Shown here: in pieces, positions 1 through 8,126 of the stretch
Layout: every line of letters begins with the position of its first letter
Position numbering within the stretch: the stretch's first letter is position 1
Source of the DNA: an uncultured Thermococci archaeon
GTDB lineage: Archaea; Methanobacteriota_B; Thermococci; Thermococcales; CAYNOZ01
NCBI GenBank assembly: GCA_964436705.1
Contig: CAYTEI010000057.1
Span: forward strand, 1 to 11,159
Length of the DNA: 11,159 bases
Reading direction: 5' to 3'
Program-made: the position numbers and the translations under genes
The notes under the pieces: model-generated
Told to the model about the DNA's origin: nothing
The model's database searches: none
The model's input: the letters and a program-made list of their open reading frames with translations, nothing else

Positions 1-60
1 TCAGAATCATTACTAATAATCAAACCCCCAAATAATAACTAATAAAAAGAAATAAGAGAA

Positions 61-2001
61 TTACTTGAAGTATGAGAAGTAATCCTCCATGTGCGGGCTT
101 GTATCTCCTTTAAGCCATATCTCTATCGTGATATCGCCATCGCTAAATCCTAGGTCTATTTCTTTCCCGATTTGGCTTGATCCTATTGTCTTTGAGTCTC
201 CTGCTCCATCCTTAACCACGAACCAGAAATCATTATTACTTGTTTGATTCTTCACGGTTGCCTCGATCTGGACCTTGGCCGGTGTAAAACCTAATTGCTT
301 TGATTCTACTCCGTTTCCTTGCGGCTTACTACCGATTGAGTATTGATAGATTGCATTGCTTCCAGTTCCAGCGATCTCCATGACGGTTCCTCCATCATCA
401 AACCATACATCTACTGGGTTTCCATCCTCGCTTATTGAGTTGCTCCAATCTGATCCACTAGTAATAGTGCTGGCATCCCATGCTGTGCTTAGAGAGAATG
501 CTTTGATTGACCCTCCGTCATCGATGATGTAGGCTTCAGTTCCGTCTGGCCTAATATTTCCTCCTTGAATACTGCTACTTGCGTTATTGCTTAGGTATTC
601 AGAGACTGTTCCTTGGCTCATTGTAGTTATATCCCAGGCAGTTCCTAAACTCCATACACCAATGGATCCTTGTCCATGATCAAAGGTCATCAGTTTGGTT
701 CCATCCGGCTTAAACGCTATTGTTTTCGGATTATCCTCAACATAAGGAGTCATTCCTGTCATATCAAAAGTATTAAGGCTGCTTGCTGTGGTTACATCCC
801 AGGCAGTTCCTAGGGTAAATGATTCGATCTTGTTACTGTATTGATCCAGGATATACATCCTTGTTCCGTCTCTCCTGAACTCAATTGCCTGCGGAGTATT
901 ATAACTAATAGAATGAGTTCTTGGACTGCTTGGATTTACGACTGAGGCAATATCATGGGCTGTATTAAGATCGTATTCCTGTACCTGCGAACTTGTTAGC
1001 ACATATAATTTGTATCCTGAATCTCCTATGAATGAATCTAATGGAGCGCTGGTTGAACTATGACTGGTTTCGTAGGATTTACTCTGAATATTCCAGTATC
1101 CACCACTAGCTGTATGTTCAAGATAGTAGTCCGTAGTGTTTACGGATACGCTATTCTGTGTATCTAGTTTTGTGGCATCCAGGAAGGCATCCATCAATCC
1201 ATCATTATAGTTTAGCCTATCTAGGCCTCTGTCGAATAAGATCCTGGTCTGACCTCTAACCAGGTCTCCTCTTAGCTTGGCAATTGATTTGCTGTTTTCC
1301 TCTATTCTTTGGGCGTTGTTGACTGCTGTTTTGATATCGGCTTGGTTGACTCCTGCGTTGCTTACTTTTGCGTCTAGGTTGTCTAGGATTCTTTGGGCTA
1401 GGCTGTCTGCGGCTGGAGAATCATCACTCAGATCCTCTAATAATTTATTCTTCACCCATTGCTCGATCTCGGTTTGTGTGTTTTTGTCTGTGGCTGTTTT
1501 CCCTGCGTTACTGATCTTTGCGTCCAGATTATTGTATAATAGTTCGGCAATACTGTTACTATTAAGAGTATCATCGCCTAGAGGGTTGTTTAGTTCGTTA
1601 AATACCCAGGTCTCGATCTCTGACTGCGTATTCTTATCTCCACTTCCTCCTGCTTCGCTCACCTTAGCATCTAGGTTGTTGTATATTCTCTCTGCTATAC
1701 TATCGGTTGTTAATGTGTCATCGCTTAGATCATCATTCAGCTTATTCATTACCCAGGTTTCTATTTCGCTTTGAGTATTCTTTCCTCCATCGCTTACTGG
1801 AGCATCTAGGTAATCTATTATTCGCTGCGCTATACTATCCTGTGTAAGGCTTGCTCCACTTAGGTCTTCTAGGAGTTTGTTCTTTACCCAGTTCTCAATC
1901 TCTGCTTTGCTGGGTTTAAGATCGGTATCGTCGTGTTGTTCGCCATCTGCCCATATTATGCTTAGAATTTCTTCTTTTGTTAAATTATCTATATCTCCCA
2001 T
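61..2001 (-). CDS. 646 aa putative tail fibre / receptor-binding adhesin with three parts. N-terminal: 4 tandem ~45-50 aa repeats (K-N-T-Q-S-E-I-E-T-W-V..N.L...L.....SIA.R....NLDAKVS.AG). Central: 4 beta-propeller-like blades (..PDGT..Y...D....I..FSL.TAWD..T). C-terminal: beta-rich domain.
   Basis: A long ORF with no in-frame stops. ATG at 1999-2001 is preceded on the minus strand by GGGAGGG (plus 2007-2013) with a 5-nt spacer. It is the last gene in a co-directional structural operon. Internal repeat architecture read directly from the translation, PDGT/AWD motifs resemble PD40 (TolB-like) propeller repeats. Confidence 0.6.
   Translation of the reverse strand: MGDIDNLTKEEILSIIWADGEQHDDTDLKPSKAEIENWVKNKLLEDLSGASLTQDSIAQRIIDYLDAPVSDGGKNTQSEIETWVMNKLNDDLSDDTLTTDSIAERIYNNLDAKVSEAGGSGDKNTQSEIETWVFNELNNPLGDDTLNSNSIAELLYNNLDAKISNAGKTATDKNTQTEIEQWVKNKLLEDLSDDSPAADSLAQRILDNLDAKVSNAGVNQADIKTAVNNAQRIEENSKSIAKLRGDLVRGQTRILFDRGLDRLNYNDGLMDAFLDATKLDTQNSVSVNTTDYYLEHTASGGYWNIQSKSYETSHSSTSAPLDSFIGDSGYKLYVLTSSQVQEYDLNTAHDIASVVNPSSPRTHSISYNTPQAIEFRRDGTRMYILDQYSNKIESFTLGTAWDVTTASSLNTFDMTGMTPYVEDNPKTIAFKPDGTKLMTFDHGQGSIGVWSLGTAWDITTMSQGTVSEYLSNNASSSIQGGNIRPDGTEAYIIDDGGSIKAFSLSTAWDASTITSGSDWSNSISEDGNPVDVWFDDGGTVMEIAGTGSNAIYQYSIGSKPQGNGVESKQLGFTPAKVQIEATVKNQTSNNDFWFVVKDGAGDSKTIGSSQIGKEIDLGFSDGDITIEIWLKGDTSPHMEDYFSYFK
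1336..1917 (-). repeat. In-frame tandem coding repeat. There are 4 units of ~135-150 nt encoding ~45-50 aa helical-looking repeats in the N-terminal stalk of the 646-aa protein. The units are diverged at DNA level (about 70-75% identity by eye).
   Basis: Four consecutive peptide units begin KPSKAEIENWV / KNTQSEIETWV / KNTQSEIETWV / KNTQTEIEQWV, each ending ..NLDAKVS.AG. The matching nucleotide periodicity is visible (for example acccaggtctcgatctctgactgcgtattctt at ~1606 versus acccaggtttctatttcgctttgagtattctt at ~1752). Confidence 0.75.
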
Positions 2002-2013
2002 TTTTTCCCTCCC

Positions 2014-2313
2014 TTAGTGCTTAACTCCTGAGGTTGCAGTAATTGATTTATGTGTTCCTGCGTTCTGCCTTATCTCGATCTTTATTGGTTCGGATTGAGC
2101 TACTAATATATCTGCTATTTGTTTGATTGGTTCTTCCTGCGCATCTTGGTATTCGACTTTTCTATAGGTCTCGTAGTTTCCATCTTCATCTTCATCTATT
2201 CCTATATCTATCTCTAATTCATCTCCACTCGCCATATTCTCAAGATTAATATGGCAAAAGAAGAGACCAGTATCTGGGGAAATATCCAGTAAGGTTTGCC
2301 ATGTTCCATCCAT
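2014..2313 (-). CDS. 99 aa hypothetical protein, very acidic (stretch DELEIDIGIDEDEDGNYETY); virion-associated or assembly protein of unknown function
   Basis: Intact ORF within the operon, ATG start. Its stop lies 12 nt upstream of the next gene, whose SD sits in that gap. I cannot recognise any family motif. Confidence 0.45.
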   Translation of the reverse strand: MDGTWQTLLDISPDTGLFFCHINLENMASGDELEIDIGIDEDEDGNYETYRKVEYQDAQEEPIKQIADILVAQSEPIKIEIRQNAGTHKSITATSGVKH

Positions 2314-2358
2314 ACTAAGGCTATGGTCTGTAATAATTAATCACCTTCTAAGAAGATT

Positions 2359-2721
2359 TTAATAGGTCCATCCACATAATAAGCGGGTTTTTGATCCGTC
2401 ATAATACTTTATTTTGCCTGAATTATCTAGCCATTGTTGGCCTTTTACTGGTGAGGTAGGGTCGGTGCTCCTTGGCTCTATAACTACTGATTCTACTTCC
2501 CAGTTGGTGCCATTATCGTAGTACCATAGTTTTTGGTCAATTGCGAGAAATTTCCTACCTTCATCACCAGGTTCAGGTCTCTCATTAAGGGGTCCCGCAA
2601 TCACCATTTCAGTATCTATAACTTCAAAATTAGTGTTTAGTGGTATATGCCAGTCTGTACTTCCGGCTTCAGGCTTATCCAAACTATGATTATCCGTTTT
2701 AACCATAAAAAAACATCTCAC
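2359..2721 (-). CDS. 115-120 aa hypothetical structural-module protein. The likely true start is the ATG at 2704-2706 (MVKTDNHS...), not the GTG at 2719-2721.
   Basis: Intact ORF, co-directional, with a 13-nt gap to the upstream gene. Aromatic/Gly-rich C-terminus (GQQWLDNSGKIKYYDGSKTRLLCGWTY). No family recognised. Confidence 0.45.
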   Translation of the reverse strand: MRCFFMVKTDNHSLDKPEAGSTDWHIPLNTNFEVIDTEMVIAGPLNERPEPGDEGRKFLAIDQKLWYYDNGTNWEVESVVIEPRSTDPTSPVKGQQWLDNSGKIKYYDGSKTRLLCGWTY

Positions 2722-2734
2722 AAAAATAATTTAA

Positions 2735-3880
2735 TTAGAATGACCAGGTAGATAAACTATTATCGAGTGCTTGGATTTTAGTTTCGAAAAGATCTTTTTC
2801 TAAGTTCTCTATTTCTAGGTTAGAGGTCTCGTTGCCTGGTTCTAAGGTTAAAGTTGTGATCTTTGGCTCTACCTTGGCTAATCTGATTCTATAGTTTTCT
2901 AGGTGAATATCTTGATCTTTATGTTTGGCTGTGACGTGATCTCCTGGTTCTAGAGATTTTTTCAGATATTCTTCTGTGCTTATCTCTACTTCGGCGGTGA
3001 TAATTGAGGTATTTAGTTTTGATAGTTCAATATTTGATTTTGCTTTTAGAGAATTCTTAGAAGAGATATTATTGTTTACAATTGCTTTTTCTCTTATAAT
3101 TTCGTTTTTTATTAGTTCGTCTTCTTGGGTTGTTGTTTCTATTCTTTTTTCGTTAATTGATCCTGTTGACACGACTCTAGATATGAGATCTATATTTTTG
3201 GTGTATTTTATGTTTTGTACGGTTTTTAGTTTTCCTTTGTTTTTTCCTAGCATCTTTTTGAGGGTTACTGTTCTTGTTTGGTTGTTTGTTTTCCAGTCCG
3301 CTGTTTTTAGGTTTTCATTATTGATTATGTAGTAATAATTGTTTGCTAGAGCTTTGATCCAGTCTAGCTTTGTCCAGTATCTTCCAAGTATGCTTAGGTT
3401 AATGGTTGAGTCACTGTATTCTCCTTCTCCATAACCGAAGTATCCATAAAGCCACTGCCTATCAAGATCAGATCTCCATTTTGTGTTTCCTAATATATCT
3501 TCTAGGATCGTTCCAATATCTGTGTCTTTGTACTCTGTGATGTATTCGCTGGGGCTTTCCTCCCACTCATAACTCGACCCATCGCTCGTTCGGTGGAGTC
3601 TCTTATCTAGGGATATGTATTCATGGCTCATCGCATCTATAAAGATAAAATCATTAATGATTCGATAATCAGTTATAAAACCTTCCTCTATGGTTCTGTA
3701 TGCTTCTAGGCTTATCGGGCTGTAAAGAGTAGATTCAACAACGGACTTGTTATATAGGGTGAATGGAATAATAATTGTGAACTCGTTGATTTTATTGAGT
3801 TTTTTCTTTGCGCTAAAATCGTCTATACCTATGTCTGTCTCTTTTTCTGTTTCTTTGTATGTTTTTAGGGTTATCTTCAC
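2735..3880 (-). CDS. 381 aa hypothetical virion protein, N/K/T-rich and AT-rich coding sequence. Possibly a tail/baseplate or fibre-associated protein.
   Basis: GTG start at 3878-3880 preceded by AGGTGA (plus 3887-3892) with a 6-nt spacer. The SD overlaps the stop codon of the upstream 830-aa gene (10-nt intergenic gap), so the two genes are probably translationally coupled. The plus-strand shadow ORF 2976..3332 reflects the extreme T-richness. Confidence 0.6.
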   Translation of the reverse strand: MKITLKTYKETEKETDIGIDDFSAKKKLNKINEFTIIIPFTLYNKSVVESTLYSPISLEAYRTIEEGFITDYRIINDFIFIDAMSHEYISLDKRLHRTSDGSSYEWEESPSEYITEYKDTDIGTILEDILGNTKWRSDLDRQWLYGYFGYGEGEYSDSTINLSILGRYWTKLDWIKALANNYYYIINNENLKTADWKTNNQTRTVTLKKMLGKNKGKLKTVQNIKYTKNIDLISRVVSTGSINEKRIETTTQEDELIKNEIIREKAIVNNNISSKNSLKAKSNIELSKLNTSIITAEVEISTEEYLKKSLEPGDHVTAKHKDQDIHLENYRIRLAKVEPKITTLTLEPGNETSNLEIENLEKDLFETKIQALDNSLSTWSF

Positions 3881-3886
3881 TTGGTA

Positions 3887-3892
3887 TCACCT
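3887..3892 (-). promoter_or_regulatory. Shine-Dalgarno AGGTGA for the 381-aa gene, overlapping the stop codon of the upstream 830-aa gene
   Basis: Minus-strand sequence GTAGGTGATACCAAGTG: AGGTGA, then a 6-nt spacer, then the GTG start. Confidence 0.5.
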
Positions 3893-6383
3893 ACTTCACA
3901 CTGAGCTCTCTGATCACTTGATAGTCTCTGAGGAGGTTTCTACTAATATCTTGAACTCCATCTCCGTGGATTGGGATTAGAAGAAAATCTGAAATATAAA
4001 TAGTATTACTATTGGTACTGTTCTTTTCTAACTCGAATATCACGGGATCTGTTTCTCTTGGTACTCGTAGTGGTCTTATGTATTCTTTGTAGTTTTCTGT
4101 TAAGGTTATTGATCTTGTTAGTCCGGATCCGTTGAGGCTGAGTGAATTATTGTTACTATCTTTGATTCTGAATAGTAGATCATTCTCTACTTGGTTTTCA
4201 TCTTTGGCAAGGATTACTGTTAAGTATTCTCCGTGGGTTAGATTGCTATATTTTAGTTTTTCTATGGTCTCTGAGGTTGTTAGATTGGTTTTTATGGTTT
4301 GGTGGTGTTGGTGGTTGGTTGGAAGGGCTCCTATCCCGATCTTAGTACCTTTAGGTATGGAATGGGTTTTCATTTTGCTGGTGGCGTTGATCTTTTGGTT
4401 TGTTGTGATGAGATCTAGGTGGTCTTTGGTTTTTGGTATTCCTGTTAGGTAATTATCTCCTAGAGTTACATCGAATGTATTATTGTGATCCTTCGAGCTG
4501 ACTCTATGACCTACATTACTTTCAAGACATAGTGCGAAATCATTAGCTCCATAACTAATACTCCATAGATCTCCTGAGAACTCTTCCTTAAGTACCAGTC
4601 TTCCTTGATACTCTCCTCTCCTTAGCTTTAGAGACCATCTGCTAAGATCTTCCGAGCCAAGAACTAGTTCTACTATGGCTTTTTCAGGTGAATAATCCCT
4701 AACAACAACATCCCTAACCTCCACACTACTACCTGATTGAGGTTCAAAGTTGATGGTTTCAGAACTACTCCATCCCCCCTTGGTATACACCTGTACTTCA
4801 ACTGGATCCCTCAACAAAAACCGAACCAAAGAATTTCCAATACCAGGGTCCCCACTGAACCTATGATTAGGATCGTAGACCTGAACCCAATCACTAGGAT
4901 CATCACTATTCATATCATCATATATTTTAACCTTTCCAGTATTTTTCTCAACGAAATCACTTAGTTTGAAGCCTAGGAATGCGTTATAAACGGGATCTAA
5001 CCAGATAGAATCGATCTTAATTTCGTTACTCACTGATAGGTTCTTTTCTACTGATACCTCAATTTCATCTCCACTGTTTTCCTCACTTACTTCGAATTCC
5101 TGGGTTTCTATGATGGTGTATTCTGTATTGTTAGTTGTCTTTTGTTCTTGCAGAAGATTTAATCCATTATTTATGTCTTCAACTTTGACTAGGATATCTT
5201 CTTCTATGTTGTTGTCTTTTAGTCCTATTTTTGCTTTGTAGGTTCCTTTTGGTATTCCATTTTTTGATCCTATCTTGAATTTTGTGTTTGCTTTTTCTCC
5301 TTGGGATCTTAGGATATTGGCTGTCATCCCCAAGAAATCTTCTAGGTATATTTCAACTCCACCCACAAGATCTCCACATGAACCATAGGGAAAACGGAAT
5401 ACCTCCATTTCACCTGCGGCTGATCCATAACTTCCACTGGAACTCATTACAACCAAATCACCCGTCTCCGGATTAATAAAACGAACATCACCACAACCAA
5501 CCGGAAGACAAACCTCAGTACACCCAAAAAAACCAAAACCACCATCATCAAAAAGAACAGACCTCAAAAAATAAGATAATCCATAATTACCAGATTTCAA
5601 ATAAGTAACATCATCTAATACAACTTTTACCAAATTACAACGATCATCATCCCCCACCCTAATACTCTCTATACCTAGGTACCCCTCTAGTCCATCGATC
5701 CTGAACGAATTATAACCCGGGCCTCTTTCATCTAGAGTAAGCAGATCTTCTCTCTGCTGCTCAACACTCTTCCCATCACTATGCCCCATCTCAGATAAAT
5801 AACCAATGATCTTCCCAGAATCCAATCTCTGGCTGGAACTACTGATCCTAGCCGAAGCACTTACCCCACCAACAATCTCCTGTTCTGTTTCGCTAGTTAG
5901 ATCTTTTCCTCCGTAGATGGGTATCTCTATGTCACCAATGAATAGTTCTTTCTTATCAATTAGAGCTATTTCTGTCACTATTTGTGCTCTAAATATTTCC
6001 TCACGATCCTCGTATGGACCTACTTTGTTTATGTGAGAGTTTAGGATGATTCCACTTTCTAGTTCTGAAATGTTTTGTAAGGTTTCTAGTGCTTTGTCTC
6101 CATAATTTCTTAACGCCTCTCTATACTTCTCCGAGGCCTCCATATAGTTATTGAAATGTATTAAGATGTTTATGCTTAGTTCTAATATGTTCTTTATTGG
6201 TTTTGCTTCTTTTTTGGTTTGGTTTCTTTTTATGATGATTTGTGGGTAGTAATGTTTGCTGTATTCGTCTATGGTTTTATCTCTACTTCCATAGAGCTCC
6301 GAATAAACTCTACTGATTGATAGATTATTTTGTAGTAGATTCTTCACTTCTATTATGGTTTTGGTGGAGAATTGGTTATTCAT
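3891..6383 (-). CDS. 830 aa large structural protein. Candidate tail tube/nozzle, appendage or baseplate-like component of a short-tailed virion. Contains a Gly-rich middle segment with a 4-Cys cluster (GCTEVCLPVGCGD ... SCGD) and an N/T/K-rich C-terminal third.
   Basis: 2.5 kb uninterrupted ORF. ATG at 6381-6383 is preceded by GAGAGG ~10 nt upstream on the minus strand. It sits immediately after the head-completion genes, where podovirus-type tail genes normally lie. No recognisable tape-measure features such as long helical repeats. Confidence 0.7.
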   Translation of the reverse strand: MNNQFSTKTIIEVKNLLQNNLSISRVYSELYGSRDKTIDEYSKHYYPQIIIKRNQTKKEAKPIKNILELSINILIHFNNYMEASEKYREALRNYGDKALETLQNISELESGIILNSHINKVGPYEDREEIFRAQIVTEIALIDKKELFIGDIEIPIYGGKDLTSETEQEIVGGVSASARISSSSQRLDSGKIIGYLSEMGHSDGKSVEQQREDLLTLDERGPGYNSFRIDGLEGYLGIESIRVGDDDRCNLVKVVLDDVTYLKSGNYGLSYFLRSVLFDDGGFGFFGCTEVCLPVGCGDVRFINPETGDLVVMSSSGSYGSAAGEMEVFRFPYGSCGDLVGGVEIYLEDFLGMTANILRSQGEKANTKFKIGSKNGIPKGTYKAKIGLKDNNIEEDILVKVEDINNGLNLLQEQKTTNNTEYTIIETQEFEVSEENSGDEIEVSVEKNLSVSNEIKIDSIWLDPVYNAFLGFKLSDFVEKNTGKVKIYDDMNSDDPSDWVQVYDPNHRFSGDPGIGNSLVRFLLRDPVEVQVYTKGGWSSSETINFEPQSGSSVEVRDVVVRDYSPEKAIVELVLGSEDLSRWSLKLRRGEYQGRLVLKEEFSGDLWSISYGANDFALCLESNVGHRVSSKDHNNTFDVTLGDNYLTGIPKTKDHLDLITTNQKINATSKMKTHSIPKGTKIGIGALPTNHQHHQTIKTNLTTSETIEKLKYSNLTHGEYLTVILAKDENQVENDLLFRIKDSNNNSLSLNGSGLTRSITLTENYKEYIRPLRVPRETDPVIFELEKNSTNSNTIYISDFLLIPIHGDGVQDISRNLLRDYQVIRELSVK

Positions 6384-6387
6384 AGAT

Positions 6388-6744
6388 TTAAGCCTCTCTA
6401 CAACCGATTATGAAAAATATTTTTTCTTCTCTATAATTAATTGGCTTAACTCTTTTCACCACGTATTCTATTTCCCCGTCCAAGTCCCGATCAATTCTAT
6501 CTCCCGGGTTTAGTTCGGTATTGGTTCCGAAGGTGAGGTCATGGGTTTTTGCTATTCCTAGGTCTCCGTGGCTTAGCTCTTCTTCATCTGACATGGTTAT
6601 GATCTTAATTGTTTTGGTTTGGATTGTCCCAGTGTAGTCCTGATCAAATTCATCGGTGGTGCTGGTCTTTGTTACGTTTATCTCCACGGTTTCTCCGTAC
6701 CTCTGTAAGAATCTCTGAATTGAAGACTTATACAGTACTACCAA
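6388..6744 (-). CDS. ~100-118 aa hypothetical protein. Possible head-tail joining or head-closure protein, judged from position only.
   Basis: ORF directly downstream of the connector-like gene. The annotated TTG start at 6744 overlaps the upstream gene by 17 nt and has GGGG immediately adjacent (spacing 0). An alternative in-frame GTG at ~6687, with GGAG 5 nt upstream, would give ~99 aa. Confidence 0.45.
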   Translation of the reverse strand: MVVLYKSSIQRFLQRYGETVEINVTKTSTTDEFDQDYTGTIQTKTIKIITMSDEEELSHGDLGIAKTHDLTFGTNTELNPGDRIDRDLDGEIEYVVKRVKPINYREEKIFFIIGCREA

Positions 6745-7096
6745 CCCCTACACTTGGTCTACTCAGGTTTTCTAGTCTTCCTTTTAGTATTTCGTTTGCT
6801 CTTCTCCCGTACCATGTGGAGTTTATTCCTTTTCCTGATTCTTCCTGATATTTCACTGTGAAGCTTTGGACATTTGCTTCTCTTCCGGGTCTAGGCTCTC
6901 TTACGGCGATCAAGTGGCAGGCGTAATACTTTTCTCCAACCCGGAGCTCTTCAACGCCTAGATCTTCATAATTCTGCTCTAATCGATCTATCACTATTGC
7001 TGCATCCTCTATGAATTCTTGGATCTCTGTGTCACTTAGTTGGGTTTCGCCAAGAACTGTTTTCACATTATCTACATCTGTTCTTATAGGAATCAA
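6728..7096 (-). CDS. 122 aa putative head-tail connector / DNA-packaging adaptor (gp6-like)
   Basis: Size and position are right for the first gene after the major capsid gene. The N-terminal pattern VDNVKTVLGETQLSDTEIQEFIEDAAIVIDRLEQ resembles the conserved N-terminal helix of gp6-like head-tail connector proteins (..vK.hLri..d.dD.li..li.aA...ie..). The TTG start has GGGAG immediately upstream, so the exact start is uncertain. Confidence 0.5.
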   Translation of the reverse strand: MIPIRTDVDNVKTVLGETQLSDTEIQEFIEDAAIVIDRLEQNYEDLGVEELRVGEKYYACHLIAVREPRPGREANVQSFTVKYQEESGKGINSTWYGRRANEILKGRLENLSRPSVGVGSTV

Positions 7097-7113
7097 CTCC
7101 CAGAATAATCAAT

Positions 7114-7131
7114 AAAAGAGGGAAAAGAGGG
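7114..7131. repeat. Perfect tandem 9-mer AAAAGAGGG x2 on the plus strand (CCCTCTTTT x2 on the transcribed strand), in the 59-nt gap between the capsid and connector genes
   Basis: Read directly at 7114-7122 and 7123-7131. On the mRNA it is a pyrimidine/U-rich tract, CCCUCUUUUCCCUCUUUUAUUG. Confidence 0.6.
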
Positions 7132-7155
7132 CTTTATTAGAGCTTTAAATAGGAC

Positions 7156-8109
7156 CTATATTCCTGAGAACTCTAGAACAGCTGACTCATTATAAACCTC
7201 AAAAGAGGAGATTTCAAGCATTTTCTTTCTGGTTTCTATTTCGTTGTCCTTGTAGGTTAGTGTTGTTACTCCTTGTCCTATTGGTTTCCTCATAAATCTA
7301 TCATTAGTATTCGCCAACATGAAAGCCTCTCCCTCATCTAGTAGGTAGCTAGGCTTTATGCTGTTAAGTTCGTCAAGAGTATCTACGATTACTTGTCTGA
7401 ATAGTTCTGTATCATTGTTTACCCATTGTCTTAGTTGGCTCCACTGAGTACTCGAAACATAAAGGTTGTATCTTAGTCCTGTGGTTAGTGCATCGTCTAG
7501 TTTGTCTAGTCCACTCTGAATATCTTCTTGTATGTTGTCGAGGGTGCTCCAGTCGCTTCCTGATACGGTTAGGTTCTTTGATAGGTTTCTTAGTCCTGGG
7601 ACTTCGTATTTTTGGTCTCCGTTCACTATTAGGTCTTCTATTGATCTTCCTATGGCTTCTGCTGCTATCTGTATCTCCCTCTCATCAACATCGAACTGGT
7701 TCCTTGCGGAATCCCATCTCCAATTCGTTTGAAGTTCTAGATGGTGTACTGGTACCATTACGCTTCCCGGGACCAGATCAGATCTATCCAGGTTCTCACT
7801 CATACCATCCATATCCCTAACAGCTTCCCTCTCATTCTTATCCCAATACCACTTAGACGTAGTGATCGCAGGACCACTAAGTCTTTTAATGGACATATCA
7901 TCAGCAAAAACAGTGACATCACTGATAGCGCTTTTTATTTCTTTATCTATTTGTTCGAATGCGTCTTTGGGTATTCTGTCATTCGTTATTGGTTCACCGA
8001 TCTTTGTTTGGATTGCTTCATTTGTCATGAAAACAGAGTTGCTTAGATACTTGGATTTTTTAAGAGCTCTTCTCAGAGTGCCAGGATCCTTATCTCGATT
8101 AGCCTGCAT
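7156..8109 (-). CDS. 317 aa putative major capsid protein (HK97-fold type, no delta domain)
   Basis: Flanked upstream by the protease/scaffold and decoration-like genes and downstream by a connector-like gene. This matches the canonical lambda-like order C/Nu3-D-E-FII. The size is typical of scaffold-dependent MCPs. ATG at 8107-8109 with GGAG ~10 nt upstream. Assigned by synteny, not by recognisable sequence motifs. Confidence 0.6.
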   Translation of the reverse strand: MQANRDKDPGTLRRALKKSKYLSNSVFMTNEAIQTKIGEPITNDRIPKDAFEQIDKEIKSAISDVTVFADDMSIKRLSGPAITTSKWYWDKNEREAVRDMDGMSENLDRSDLVPGSVMVPVHHLELQTNWRWDSARNQFDVDEREIQIAAEAIGRSIEDLIVNGDQKYEVPGLRNLSKNLTVSGSDWSTLDNIQEDIQSGLDKLDDALTTGLRYNLYVSSTQWSQLRQWVNNDTELFRQVIVDTLDELNSIKPSYLLDEGEAFMLANTNDRFMRKPIGQGVTTLTYKDNEIETRKKMLEISSFEVYNESAVLEFSGI

Positions 8110-8126
8110 ACATAAACATCTCCAAA

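Noticed and set aside
1277-1774. 165-aa plus-strand ORF rich in Leu/Ser/Ala with its own internal repeats
   Set aside because: It lies entirely antisense to the tandem-repeat region of the 646-aa minus-strand gene. Its periodicity simply mirrors the minus-strand coding repeats. The composition (L/S/F-rich, no start context) is typical of a shadow ORF.
61-2001. Diversity-generating retroelement targeting the fibre C-terminus
   Set aside because: No reverse transcriptase ORF and no near-identical template/variable repeat pair within the window. The tandem repeats present are N-terminal, diverged and in-frame structural repeats, not a TR/VR pair.
3891-6383. Interpreting the 830-aa protein as portal or tape-measure protein
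   Set aside because: A portal would be expected upstream of the protease, not after the connector. The protein lacks the long uninterrupted helical or repeat character of tape-measure proteins and instead has Gly-rich, Cys-containing and N/T-rich globular-looking segments.
7097-7155. Rho-independent hairpin terminator after the capsid gene
   Set aside because: I looked for an inverted repeat flanking the CCCTCTTTT duplication and found only 3-4 bp complementarity (AAAG/CTTT). There is no convincing stem-loop, so only a U-rich tract hypothesis is retained.
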